A stretch of DNA of 64,000 bases, from assembly GCA_032718475.1 (NCBI GenBank), contig JAUCBJ010000147.1, positions 3,178 through 67,177 of the forward strand, read 5' to 3'. Below are positions 48,989-61,194 of this stretch, in pieces. The notes beneath the pieces were generated by a model, which worked only from the letters and a program-made list of their open reading frames with translations, made no database searches and was not told where the DNA came from. How positions within the stretch are numbered: the stretch's first letter is position 1; each line of letters begins with the position of its first letter. The translations under genes and the position numbers were made by a program. The DNA comes from Nemertoderma westbladi (taxonomy: Eukaryota; Animalia; Xenacoelomorpha).

Positions 48989-50016
48989 ACTGCCTACACA
49001 CTAAATTACTTTCAGGAAAGTACTGTACTCTAAACCCTAAATTAGGTACAAGTACGTATACAACATATAAATAGCAGTTAAATATACGTGAACAGCCAAA
49101 AGAACCACGGTATCTGCTGGAGTGACCGGAGCACAAAATCACCAGTCTGTCCTACGCCAAGCAGTCCTGAAGTAGTACCGGGGTTAATTTAACTATAACA
49201 GTATGCATAACAAGTATAATTACTGTAAGGAATGAACTTGGGGAGATGTAGGTTGCAAATACTTGCATAAACTCTGAATAATAAATATTACGCTACCCGT
49301 ACAGACTATTCAAACAAAACACAGACCAAATGCTGGCAGACTACTGTCAAGCCTAAATAAACTACAGTATATGCAATCTCCGAAATGGTTAGTTAGTAAG
49401 TGTTCTAACTACGTAGTACGACTTATTCTTTCGTGGGGGATTTACCTTACAACCACTGGATGCCTCCACCTTCCTAACTAGCACTTTATCGGACAGACAC
49501 TCTACATACACTGCCATCGCCTCAGACCTAACAACGGTTAGACAACAATCTGGCCTACAAATTATTTATACAATCTGAGCAGGCTTACACGCCTTCTGCT
49601 CAATATTACACTTACCGATAAATATAACTGACAGAAATAAGTAAACTATACAAAGGAGTAAGGGGTGATCAATCCCTAATCCCCTAACAGCCTACAATAT
49701 ACAATATTTCACAATCAAATAATACTGGGTAAGTACCGGTTCGGGTTACTAGGCCTACAGTCTACTGTCCGACCAGTACGTTTCGGTTTTATCGCCTACT
49801 GAGCAATAAAGAGTCTAAAATCTATTAATGTTCGTGCTTTTAGACCTTTAGCAGTTTAACCTGCCAATTTTAAATGTCCTTTTAATTATGAATCGACTTT
49901 GCTCGTACCAATTACCTGGTGTACTGAATTTACATCTGCCAAAGCCAGTCCGTGCGTGGCATATGACCCACGGTGTGGGAGACTGGATTCGGGTTCCAGA
50001 GGAAGTTATTGCGATG

Positions 50017-50945
50017 TGTAGGCTACTTTGTATTATTCGATTGATCGCTACTATATAATCTCTGACAACTATATTTACTTTCGGGGAAATATTAACAGTT
50101 CCTTTGGGACGTGGCACTTTAAGTATAAAACAGAGTTATGACTTACACTAATCACAACTAGATGGCTATGGAATCTCGTAAATAGCGCATTCTTTAGGAG
50201 ATGCTTTATTAACCTTCACACGACTTCACACTAATTTACACTAATTCACAGTAATTTGCCGACCGTCACTGATTTTGATCATATATAAGGAGGATTGCAA
50301 CTGACACACGTAGGGATTATGAAATAGCATTTAATTCACACAAAAACCACTATAATTTGAGTCACAGTTGCTACCGGTAGACCCTTCCTCCGCTTACCTC
50401 AGTAATCAAGAAAGTCGAGGGGTTTACGGTTATTTATCAGTATTCTCCAAATATAACATCCATTAATATAAACAGCAATTAACACAATATAAAACAGCAT
50501 TAAAACAGTGCGGTGAACAGTCAGTATGTGTTCATGAAGTTTTAGTACAGATGACAAGTGTATGACAGTGATTATTGTGGTGTGTCCAGTTTGTTAATAG
50601 ATTTACGTCCTTATAACTCCAGCCATCAGATGTTCTTGGGCCAAAGTCTGAAACGTCTCTACTTAGTACAGAATTCTGAGAGGAATCTAATTCTCAGAAA
50701 AACGATAACTGCGTATGCGCTAGTTTCCTCAGGTAGGTCTCTATTGGCATAACTGGGAAGATTGCTCTGATTGGCTGAATAAGCTCAAACAAAGAGATCT
50801 CCACGTACACAAAGAATCAGCTGACAGATTTCGTCATCTTGGTTCTAATTTCTGTCCGACGCGTAGTTGAACAATTTTAGGGCTATTTTAGAGTATTCTG
50901 CGCATTGCGTAAAAATGACTTGTTATGTCCGCAAAAGCTTTTACA
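50017..50945 (-). repeat. 5' LTR
   Basis: Direct repeat of 36428-37356. Confidence 0.9.
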
Positions 50946-51309
50946 AGTTCCACAAAATATGAAAACTTACAACATAAATTTTGTAACATGAACATTGTTG
51001 CATTCTGACAGACAGACCAAAAAGAGACAGACGGACAGACAGTCATAACTCGAAAAGTAAAAGAGATCTCTCTAAACCGTTTTCAGATTTGAAATCCTCA
51101 TTAAATTCTACTCTCGGTGAAATTAAAAAAAAATATCGAAAATTTTAACCCCCCCCCCCCCCCCCCCCTTAAATATATAATGATACTGTATCCAACACGT
51201 AGATAATAAATATTCCGTAGACATTAATATTAATATACACTATTAATAGACAATTTCTGTAGGCCTACATATTGTTTGATTGTATTATTAAAATTCTATT
51301 ATTATCCAG

Positions 51310-51925
51310 ATATGTTTTACACACAGAGGCCTGTTGTAGCCGCCAGCAACACAGTCGCAAGGGTCCACCTATTACAGTTAGCACCCCCATTAACGTACAG
51401 TTCCAGCAACCCCCAAGTATACTGGTGGACCAATCAGAAAGCGACACAGAATCCTCAGACCTCCCAGTCTACAAGGCGAAATACCTGCAGATATCTGGGT
51501 TCCCTGCATATCTGTGTCCTGGAATACGAGTGTCTGTGCTAATCCGAGATGATGCACCAAAGGACCGCAAGATGGCGCGAGACGTAGATACAAATAAAGA
51601 ACGCAAGATGGCGCCTCTAGTCCGGAGCGTGAATCTTGTTCAGAAGAGAAAATACCGCGGTGTGAGTGAGGGAACATTCAGGGAAAAAGAGAAATTATCA
51701 CTGAAATCGAAAGGGGTAGCTCTTCTAGGTAACCACTCGTTTGGGGAACTTATAAGCGGATGGCGTCTGGATTTGCCTTTGAATTTAACTAGCACCTTCT
51801 CCGACATCGAACACATGTTGGATATATCCTATGCAATAGTAATTACAACGTTATTGGATGAAATCATTAATATCCCGGTTTATATGTTTTATGGAAGCAG
51901 TGCTAATACGGGTGGTTCTTCGTAG
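51310..51925 (+). CDS. Terminal exon 3 of the arrestin-domain-like gene
   Basis: TTATCCAG| acceptor; AG+A restores Arg to give ..SRIRYVLHTEA... The C-terminal WRLDLPLNLTSTF....LDISYAIVI....INIPV resembles arrestin-C. Exons total 978 nt (325 aa plus stop). Confidence 0.72.
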
Positions 51926-53904
51926 CTTAATAATTAATTGTTGTGCTTTTTATCTGCTTATACTGTATTATTGTGGGAATTTTGTACAATACCAGATATT
52001 TCGTAATAGATACCACGTTGTCTCGTAATAAATTCATGTATTATTCACTGATTATGCTGCTTTCTTAAATGAGAAGGTTACAGGGACATATTATTTTAAC
52101 CAAAACATACGAGTCAATAACACATGTTACAGTTTAAAAATGTAATGTAGGCCTAATGTAATAGAAATAGAAATATAATAATAAGGTAAATAGAAATACA
52201 ACTACTGAATTAGTAGGACCTAAAGACGCGTTACCATGTACTGAAGGTCTACCGTAGAGTATATACAGATTCAATGGGAAAAGGAAGTAATTGGTGAACC
52301 ACATGTACCACAAACGGTCCTGTGTATTCTATTGACACAACGGAATTCTCACCAATCCTAAAAACAAATCTCACCTGCCGGATAAAGTTCTACCTTCTAC
52401 ATTATGTTTACATCCTGCTCTACTTTTACACATACTGAGTTCCAGAACATTTTCGAATATTAATTATTATTGTTTAATTCTTTATTTAATTATTATATAA
52501 TAATATAATTTCTATAATATCTGCTTTTCTCTTATACGCTTGCACGGAAGTCATACAGGGACGGCTACACTCACATAATTAGACCCATTAACAAGTCCCA
52601 GTTCACCAAAACTGAAACAAATTATTAATATTTTATAAATAATTATAGTCTACAACAGGGATTTTTTCAAAATGTTCACTGTGAAAAGTTTCTAAACGGT
52701 CTGAAAAAGTTTAGAAAATCTAAATTTTGTTTAGGAAACCAAATTAATATGCCCAATAGCAATTAATAGTAGGCAATGCAATACTACTGTTGTATTGCTC
52801 GTTTTCTACTTTATTCAACCGTACCTACATATTAAACTAATTGGCCAGCTATCGCGTTAAATACGGCTTTGGTAAACTAAGGCCATTTATTGGGAAGGAG
52901 TACTCCACATCATTGGTGATGGTCACTGTAGAAAGAAAAGACAACGAAAACAAATACAATTTGAGATAAATACTTTGAAAGTTTTTGTTGTTGAAATTCA
53001 ATTAAAATACTTATGTTTTTCTTCTTCCTTTAAGAACTGGAGGGAAATTTGATTCAAATTATTATCACCTTTAAATTAACTTTTCTACTTCAGTAACAAT
53101 GGATTCTGTTGTCAGATTATTGGTAATTTTAATATATCATACAGTCATAATTATTACTAAAACGGCTTTCTAAATAAAAATAAACCCCAGATTAGGCGCA
53201 TGTAGATGGATTTCTATTACAAATAGCAATTTTTCATTCACCCACTCGTTGAATGCCTAAGGTTCCCGGTAGGATTACCACCCGGTCTCACTTGGTCCCT
53301 TTCTACTTGCTCTAAAAAGACTTTAAATTACGGGAATGTCAATGAAACACCCCTAGACTGTAATGATTGTATACATTCTATGTCAATCTACCTAGAAACA
53401 AAATACCACAAATGAGTTAATTTGATATTAAAGGAGTTGGTGGAGCTGATGGTGATGAATCAGATTTAGATATTCAAGGGTTCGATTTTGTTGAACAAAC
53501 AAACAAAAATTAAATATGGCTAATATCTGAATGTTAAATTATGATTTATAAGTTGTTATATTTCAATCTCTGTAAAGTAAAATTATACTTTTAAAATTTG
53601 TTATATTCAAGTTTTAGTTTTACAAAATTTAGAAATCACTATTTTTATTTATAAATTTCACTGAACATATTTAAGAAGAAAAAAACCTGCTACAAAATAT
53701 AACTAAATGAAATGGCCAGCATGTCATCGGCCATAAATAATATAATTTGGGGATTAAACCCTGGCTGAATTATATTTATAAAAGTTCTCATTAATCAGAA
53801 ATAACAAAAAATCGCAATAAATTCATTAATAAAATCCTAAAACTGCAGCGAAACTACAAACTCTTACGGATTATAAATAAGGTGATAGTTAAATACTGGT
53901 TTAA

Positions 53905-55650
53905 TTAAATTAAACGAGATATAAGATTATTTCCGTTGGTAATATTAGTAGCGGCGACAATAAATTCGGTAGATTTACCGCGTTGGGACAGAAATCTCAA
54001 GGCGGCAATCTCGGCGTAAGTAACGCCGCCAATAAAGAAAACCAAAGTCTTGGATACGGGCCCGTCGCTCGGCTGTACGCCCTTGGGTAACGTCTGCTTG
54101 CAGTGCACCGTGGGTCCCGGTATATGACGTAACACCTCTTCCGCCGGGGGCGCCCCCTCGGGGAATAGAACCTGCAGTAACCTACAGGACAACGGCGCGT
54201 AACCGCTGAACACGTAGGATATATCGGCGGGGTTCTGCTCATTAATATCATCGACGTTGAGTTTAAGATACCGACGAAGGTACGCGAAGGTCTTACTGCT
54301 TTGCTGCTCGACTAGCAGACCAGCTGTCTCTAGTCTCTCCAACGCTAACTGATGCCGGTAGCCGTAGCCCTGCACCACCCCGGACCTGTAGGCCTCCAAT
54401 ACTTTCGGTTTCAAGCCGTTACCGCAGCAACTCTGCACGCACATCAACCGGAGTACTTTAACCAGCGGGTCCCCCCTTCCGATGCAGTCGTCCACGAACT
54501 CATTCACACGATCCAACTCGATCCCGTTGATGAACTCCTGCTGACAGCGGAGTCCTTCTAGGAACTCAACCGAGTCGACTTTCTCTTTGAGTAACTCAGT
54601 TACCGATGTGTGCATCGCTAACGCAGCCTTGGCCGCCTGTATGTGCGGGAGTTTAGACACGAACTGTTTGTACTCGCCTATAGATCTCGCCGATTTGCTT
54701 TCCTCCACCTGGGACGTCAACCCCTTCGCTTTGGCGCTCAGACTCGGTCCCACAGCGTGGAAGTTCTTATCTCTCAACTCCCCAAACATTTCGTCGGAAT
54801 CGTTAAGGATTAGTTTCTTATTAGGTGGCGTCTCGTCCGGACGGATTCGATCCTTCTCCTGTTTGGTTAGGAATTTCTCCGGGGGCAGCGTCACCGTGGT
54901 GCAGTGGAGGCCGTACAGCTCGTCAATTAATCCCTCGTAGGTTAGTTGAGTAGCGAGCGGCGTAACCAGATCGGTTGAGCGGTCGATCAGCACGAGATTG
55001 TCGATATCCGGGGCGATCGGTGACGTAAGATCCGCGGACATTCGCTCCACCATCGCGGCAACTCTTTGCGACAATTCGCCCTTCCCGTACACAACCGGGA
55101 TTACTCCGTACAACCCCTGTATCGTTTCTATCGCTTTAGCAACGGAGTGAAGTATCGAATAATCAGCGTCTACAAATAGCCGTTTAAACGAATCGTTTAT
55201 TTCCATAGAAAGTAAATCGGTATCGATAGGAAGAATATCCAGAGGAAACTCGTGGACTTTCAGTTTATTTACGACTCCTAAATCTTCTAGTCGCTTCTCG
55301 CAGATTAAACTTCGTCTCGGGAGGAAAACCAGATGGAATTCTACGTCGGGTTTGGCGCCCTGAAGGTTATCGGCGATGTTGTCCATGTTTGAGAGGTTGG
55401 CGCGAGAAATAAAGACGACGTTCGGCGAGGTGATTGCGGGTAGAGGGCCGGCCACCAACGGATACATCTTGGTGATTCCCCGTTCCTGTAGCAACGAGTA
55501 CTCTGCTACCAGACCTATGGGACCCGGTAGGGAGTTGTCCCATACAACCGTTTTGCCCCCTTCGATCCGTAGCAGGCACTCGATTAAATCTCGACGCGCC
55601 TGGTTGCGAAGGAGGCCTAGTTTAAGGCTGCCGGACTGCAGGTGATTCAT
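53905..55650 (-). CDS. VPS33A: Vacuolar protein sorting 33 (Sec1/Munc18 family, HOPS/CORVET), single coding exon, ~581 aa
   Basis: From ATG 55650: MNHLQSGSLKLGLLRNQARRDL..KTVVWD..L.GPIGLVAEYSLL, DLLSME, LVLIDRSTDLVTPLATQLTYEGLIDE, ELRDKNF.AVG, DISYVFSGYAPLS.RL, LVFFIGGVTYAEIAALRFL. The ORF-track start at 55722 is a non-ATG extension. Confidence 0.96.
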   Translation of the reverse strand: MNHLQSGSLKLGLLRNQARRDLIECLLRIEGGKTVVWDNSLPGPIGLVAEYSLLQERGITKMYPLVAGPLPAITSPNVVFISRANLSNMDNIADNLQGAKPDVEFHLVFLPRRSLICEKRLEDLGVVNKLKVHEFPLDILPIDTDLLSMEINDSFKRLFVDADYSILHSVAKAIETIQGLYGVIPVVYGKGELSQRVAAMVERMSADLTSPIAPDIDNLVLIDRSTDLVTPLATQLTYEGLIDELYGLHCTTVTLPPEKFLTKQEKDRIRPDETPPNKKLILNDSDEMFGELRDKNFHAVGPSLSAKAKGLTSQVEESKSARSIGEYKQFVSKLPHIQAAKAALAMHTSVTELLKEKVDSVEFLEGLRCQQEFINGIELDRVNEFVDDCIGRGDPLVKVLRLMCVQSCCGNGLKPKVLEAYRSGVVQGYGYRHQLALERLETAGLLVEQQSSKTFAYLRRYLKLNVDDINEQNPADISYVFSGYAPLSCRLLQVLFPEGAPPAEEVLRHIPGPTVHCKQTLPKGVQPSDGPVSKTLVFFIGGVTYAEIAALRFLSQRGKSTEFIVAATNITNGNNLISRLI

Positions 55651-56079
55651 GATTCGTGTGATTGTCGACTCAGATACCACCAACCAGTGAAGTACCGGTA
55701 GTGTAGTACGGTACGGTAACACAACACTATTATTATTACATCAACACTACTAGTCTGTTAGTAGCCTATTCAACTATTATTAACGTAAACTCATTAGCAT
55801 TATATTATAATCAGCGCAGCGCAAGTGTCCCATTTGGTAACTTTATGCCTTTACAGCTTTATCAGTGAACACTTTATCACAATCACTAGACCTACCTTAC
55901 TCCTTAGTGTACTAGGCTACATTTTAGTGGGATATTTGATGTAGTCCTATTCAGCTCCACCTCATATGCCTTGCTTGATATTACTTTTTAATTTTTAATA
56001 ATATTTACCACAAATCATCGCAAGTAAAATTGGCATCTTTAGCTATAAACGTTGCGGCAACAGCCGAGAGCGCAGTAAG

Positions 56080-56490
56080 AGACAGCCGACCTCAGAGAGC
56101 TGTGGACACCAAATCTCAGGATGGCACATTTACAAGAATGGTACATCGGCATCGGATTCACTGTGGCAAGTAATGCACACATCTCCAACCAGACACAGAG
56201 ACACTACATAACATTTGGAGGTATCTCGTTGGTACCACCAAGACTGACACACTAGAACAAAGCCGCCTCCGCTTTGCAGAACATTGTTTTCGCCGTGAGG
56301 ACCAGCCTGTGCACGATCTTGTGCTTTGGCAGCCCCATGGAGAAAATAAGCATGGTGGAACGACAGCCCATGACTTTTGCGAGACGCCTCTTAAAAGACA
56401 CTGGCCTTGAAGATGCGGATAATCTCGCGAAAGTCAGGGGAATAGGGAGTTGTGGCGGTGCAACGTCGTTGACAAGCCGGCATAGCCTTC
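56080..56490 (+). mobile_element. Degraded 3' end of an RTE-clade LINE
   Basis: Frameshifted DGTFTRM / RLRFAEHCFRREDQPVHDLVLWQPHG / RQPMTFARRLLKDTGLED / RELWR, the typical RTE ORF C-terminus. (TAG)n at ~56608-56625 may be its tail. Confidence 0.8.
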
Positions 56491-56839
56491 TTAATACACG
56501 CTGCATTGGGTTTGCCAAGTGTGGATTGCAGGGTGGGGTGGTGACAAAATGTTTTTGTTAAGCTGGCATAGCATCTTAATGTGCAGTACTTGTGCCAGTC
56601 AATGTTATAGTAGTAGTAGTAGTAGCATTTCGCAAAAGGGCATTTCATCGTTACAGACACACTGACACACAGACACATTTAATTAATAACTTTACAAATG
56701 AATCACATTTAGCTATGGTGGCTGATGGATTAATGGTATATCTTTACTTTGAATCATAAAAACGAGATATATCCCTTTTGATTTCTATAATTACAAACTC
56801 ACATGCAAAATGGACAAGGAAAATTACCCAATAATTGTT

Positions 56840-57095
56840 AAATCCGTCGCTTCATATCTCACATAAGATCGAGGGTTCGATCCCTGCATGGGGGCTAGGC
56901 CAGGCCTCGTTTTCGTTTCGGCCTTCTCTTGCTCAATAGTATAGTGAAAATCTTGGCGAACTTCGAGGGTATCATACTAAACAATCTTGGTCAGGGATTT
57001 CTGTCATCCGTAATAGATGATGTTTGGGTCTCTGGGCACCAAAGAGGAGAGTATTAGCCATTATTAACAGACACGACTAAACTGGCGTAATGCAG
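56840..57095 (+). mobile_element. Probable tRNA-derived SINE fragment
   Basis: B-box GGTTCGATCCC at ~56875 followed by a GC-richer body; the A-box is missing. Confidence 0.4.
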
Positions 57096-57276
57096 ACTGC
57101 AGACTGGTAAATTAGGATGATGTATGATGAATACGTTCGAATGTCCATACGGCAGACTTCCGATGGACACTTGTCAGACTAAAGGAGTTGAATACTTTCA
57201 GTTTACTTAGTGAATAAAGTATACAAAGCAGAAAGATTCATACCTAACCTACCGCATGGTGAATCCGTAACGAAAA

Positions 57277-57387
57277 ATGTGAGTCCGTAACGCTGTTCTT
57301 AAAACGTTTGATGGGCAATAGAGAACAGACCTAACACATGGATTTAATTGGTTGTACGACCTTTCGTTGCGCGTTACGGACTCACAT
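57277..57387. repeat. Short inverted-repeat element
   Basis: ATGTGAGTCCGTAACGC / GCGTTACGGACTCACAT form a perfect 17-bp IR. Confidence 0.7.
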
Positions 57388-58043
57388 AATTCTGTACTCC
57401 TTTACTCTCCAAAAATGAATTTCTTTCTTTATAATTTCTTTCTTTCTTGATTTATTTCTGCCAAAAAATTTATCACCATCCGGAATAAATTTAGTTACCT
57501 ACTTTACTTACTAGCCGAACTAGTAGAAAATACCTGACAAGTATTATGTCTTTAATTTGCAATTTAAACATTAAAATAATAATAAAAACATACAATTAAT
57601 TATATTTAATTATTGTCAATTAAATATTTCAATGCAATTTAAATTTAAAAATAACATTAGGACTAGGCAAAGTTAAAGTTTATAGCAACATAATTTAAGA
57701 AGCTTCCCCAATATTCGTATGGCATATCTATTACGTTTGTTTATTTTTTATCATATGTATCGATATGAAAGAAAGAAGTATAAAACTGATCGCATCTTAT
57801 AGTTGCTTATTATTCGCACCAAATGCTATGAAAGTGTTTGTTTCGTTAATAATATCAATAATGGTTTGACTAGTTCAACTCACCGTGGTTGTTACCATGA
57901 AGCCGGAATTTTCGATTTTGCCTTTAATTTTTTTTTATAAGCGTTTTAAAAAAGTGTCTTTTGCGAAATTGCACATCTCCTATCATCGCCATTCTTCAAA
58001 TTAACCTCGCTTTATAGATATTATTAAAAAGCTGGCGTTCCAA

Positions 58044-58394
58044 GGATTCCAAATATGTAACTATGTTTGAATTTCATTGAGAAACAGCTGAGAAATAGGC
58101 GTTCAAAGATTGCAAGAATTATCGTTCGCTGCAGGCCATTTATTCTATTTAATAAATACACGATATTCTGGAACATTTTGTTTATGTATGAATAGCAACG
58201 CAATAGATATATTGGATAGGAATACCGCTATTGCCTACCAACTCATAAAATAAATAACACGTTCTAGAATTTTGTGTATTTATTAAATAGAATAAATTGC
58301 CTGCAGCGAACGATAATTCTTGCAATCTTTGAACGCCTAGCCTATATCAGCTGTTTCTCAACGAAATTCAGATATTGTTACATATTTGGTATCC
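58044..58394. repeat. 350-bp fold-back palindrome (MITE-like)
   Basis: Arms of ~140 bp or more, e.g. TAGGCGTTCAAAGATTGCAAGAATTATCGTTCGCTGCAGGC versus its exact reverse complement at ~58298-58339. Confidence 0.9.
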
Positions 58395-59530
58395 GTGTTA
58401 TCAGAAAATGACACTATATTAAGGGTCATGGTGTATATTGAGTTCGTTTATTTCAGCAAACTTTATGGGTAGGAGGCAGTAATCGCCATGTATTTATATC
58501 CTTATACCGCATATATCTAACGGCTCCACCCACAGAGTCTGATGTGAAAAAGGAGAAAGAGCCGGTTTTTCACGATTAGTTTAAGTTATATTGTAGTGAA
58601 ACTTGTACGCACGTTGGGTTGGTACAGGTACATATAAATACAAATATATAATGAATTAACCGAAGCATCTCAATGTACGGCACCTTTCACTTGATGAGTG
58701 TTACCCACTCCGACGCCGCTGGATATGATGTTTAGGTTAACTTCACAAAATAATAATATTATTCTGAAAATTAGAAAACCTCAAAAAATATAAAAAAGCA
58801 TTAGTAAGTAAATACTGGTCCGGTATTGATAGCCACTTGAAAATTTACCAATTTGTATGTATCTGCAATAATAAGAAAAACTACCAAACCAATCAGTTAA
58901 ACTATAAATTAATTGTTAATGAGATAAACATGGTAGGACACTGCGACACTGGTATCAGCAGGTAGAAAGCTTTTTTAAAAGGTAAACACCGCATCCAAAC
59001 AAATATATAATATTTTTTGTATATATAGCGGTAGCCAACCGCTACCAGTTCCGGTACAGATTAAATTACCGGTACCGTTAAAGATAATATAATATAAGAT
59101 GAATTGTGTCTAAAAGGTTCTAAATAAACAAACCAAACTGATTATGTGTCAAGTAACCCAAAGGCTCATTGAATAACACTTGAAGAATATATGAACAATA
59201 GGAGTAGTGGCATGATTGAAGGTTGTACTACATATAAACTCCAACAGTTAAATTTTATTAACAATTAATTCCCAAATACCAAAAAAAACAACTGTTTGCA
59301 ACAGAATAAAGATTCTTTACTTCGTGTTAGGTAGCGTGGTTGGCTGTCGGAATATTTAGAAGTAGCTGGAAATTTATAATATAGGCTTAACACTCACACA
59401 ATGACGACAATGTATAAAACAATGCAGAATAAACGTGCCTCGATATCTACATATCGAATTATCTCCAACGCAACTAAGAGACTACATGGACTAACGGAAC
59501 GGTATCTGTAGGCCCTGTCCTATAAATAAT

Positions 59531-59941
59531 CTACGTAGAAGCTGAGGGCGCAAGTTTAGGTTTATCGAAAACGTTAGGCATTTCCCAGTTGGGCGACGCG
59601 TCCCCGGTAAATTCCGGTTCCCGGAACTCGAATGTCGGAACCTGATTGACGTCACCGTGCTTGTCTCCGTATATAGTAGCGAGTTTGGTTCGTTCAGCCT
59701 TCATCATGGCCTCCCACTCGGGCCCTGCCTCCACCATAGCGCCCCCAGCTGCCTCGCTCTTCTTCGCGTAATCTTGTAGCTTTGCAACGAAAAGGCGTTG
59801 GATTGGATCGAGGACGAAGGCCTTCTTTACGGCGCTTTGAAAGGCGGCCGATGTGAGGCTGAGTTGTCGGGATGACCGTGATAGTAAGGAACCCGTGCGG
59901 CCAGCAGAACGGCCGGAAAAAGATACTGGCGGTCGGTTCAT
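59531..59941 (-). CDS. ATP5PF: Mitochondrial ATP synthase peripheral stalk subunit F6 (coupling factor 6), single coding exon
   Basis: Arg/Ser-rich transit peptide followed by LDPIQRLFVAKLQDY..K...GG.MVEAGPE....KL..IYG...D....PTFEFREP, the CF6 pattern. Confidence 0.92.
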   Translation of the reverse strand: MNRPPVSFSGRSAGRTGSLLSRSSRQLSLTSAAFQSAVKKAFVLDPIQRLFVAKLQDYAKKSEAAGGAMVEAGPEWEAMMKAERTKLATIYGDKHGDVNQVPTFEFREPEFTGDASPNWEMPNVFDKPKLAPSAST

Positions 59942-61072
59942 TGTGCAAAACTTCAGTATTTATGAATAATAAAGCAGCCTGTACCAGTAGTACAGCAGTA
60001 GTAGAACTAGTAGTAGTCTAGGTTCGATAAATCGGTAATAATACTTTACTGAATTATGTAGCGGTCTAGCGGTAGCGGTACTGCTTTACTGTATTAGCAC
60101 AGACACAGACCAAAGCTGTAGTAGTGGAGGGGAATGAGAAGTACGGATGAAAGGCGGGACCTAATGAATCCAGTAATTACAGATTAGGTTAGAATTTAAT
60201 ATAGTTATTGGGGAGGGGATGGAATGTAACCCAGTAACCGCAAGCATGTCAATGTCACATTGGATCCTCTATAACAATGGTACCGGTACATGAATGGATA
60301 CATTCGATCTTGTTTAATTGAAATTAGTAGCCCGAATGTAACATAGACCTACATTTATGTCAGATGTGTTTTGATTTCAGGGATCAACCAATGAAAAGCT
60401 TTCGTTTATTTGCAAGAAAATAGGCCTAAAGCTGTAAAGATAACGTTCCCCTGTCCAGCTGTCAGCCTGTCCCCCTGTCTCACTCATTTATTGCTCGGTA
60501 TCAAAGACAAATCTAACCCTGTAACCAAAACAATACGCGAAAGTCAACCTCCTCTGCTCCTGTCAACAGTTTAATTTTTGAAAGTATTCAGCAGTTATTT
60601 GCGCCGATCTTCCCCTGTACAGCTGTATGCTTCGATTGCGTTAATCTGTCAATTGCTTCCAAGCTCCATCTCCATCTGAAACAAGACTGCAAGAGGATAG
60701 CAGCCCTTTGGCCTCGGGCAGTCGGGCCAGGCCAGTTACACTAAGCAGCTAAGTCCGAAAGTCCACAAAATTTCTTAGATTAGAGCCGCATGACCTTTGT
60801 GCCTGACCAACATAACGCTATACAGCTAGGCTATATGTTTTCCATAAACAAAGTGGCGTATTGCACTAACGTGTTTCAGGGCCTCCACCCCTGCACCCTG
60901 CTGCCCTACCACCTGCAGAGCAGACCTGTACTGCTGTGCTGTACTGTAGTAGCGGTACCGGTAGGTACTGTCAGACTGAATGTAGTTGTACAATAGTACT
61001 GCAGTAGGCCTACTGGCAGTGGCAGACTGGATTTTTACACTGTATGAAAGTCGCTGGTTACAGTAGTGGCGG

Positions 61073-61194
61073 CCTCAACCCTAATTAAAACTGGCACGTA
61101 ACCCTAACTAACCCTAAGTCATAATCTAAGAAATTTAGCGGAATTTCTTAGATTATGACTTAGGGTTACGTGCCAGTTTTAATTAGGGTTGAGG
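61073..61194. repeat. Near-perfect hairpin with TTAGGG/CCCTAA motifs
   Basis: CCTCAACCCTAATTAAAACTGGCACGTAACCCTAA..GTCATAATCTAAGAAATT is mirrored after a short loop. The left arm has one extra CTAACCCTAA. Confidence 0.9.

Larger units (their letters stand above)
36428..50945 (-). mobile_element. BEL/Pao LTR retrotransposon, ~14.5 kb, decayed, antisense within intron 2 of the host gene
   Basis: 929-bp direct repeats at both ends. Internal order is gag-PR-RT-RH-IN with BEL-specific motifs. A purine-rich CTGGGAGCGG directly precedes the 3' LTR on the minus strand. Confidence 0.96.

Noticed and set aside
36428-50945. Similar length of the BEL element (14518 bp) and the duplication unit (14452 bp)
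   Set aside because: No mechanism links them; the breakpoint is inside the LTR with only 3-bp microhomology, so I treat it as coincidence.
52200-53520. Possible small minus-strand exons (..CKSRAGCKH..TVCGTCG..) and a coding-like acidic patch near 53430-53500
   Set aside because: Too short and unrecognisable; could be transposon debris.
55651-55722. N-terminal extension of VPS33A in the ORF track
   Set aside because: Non-ATG start; similarity to VPS33A begins at ATG 55650.
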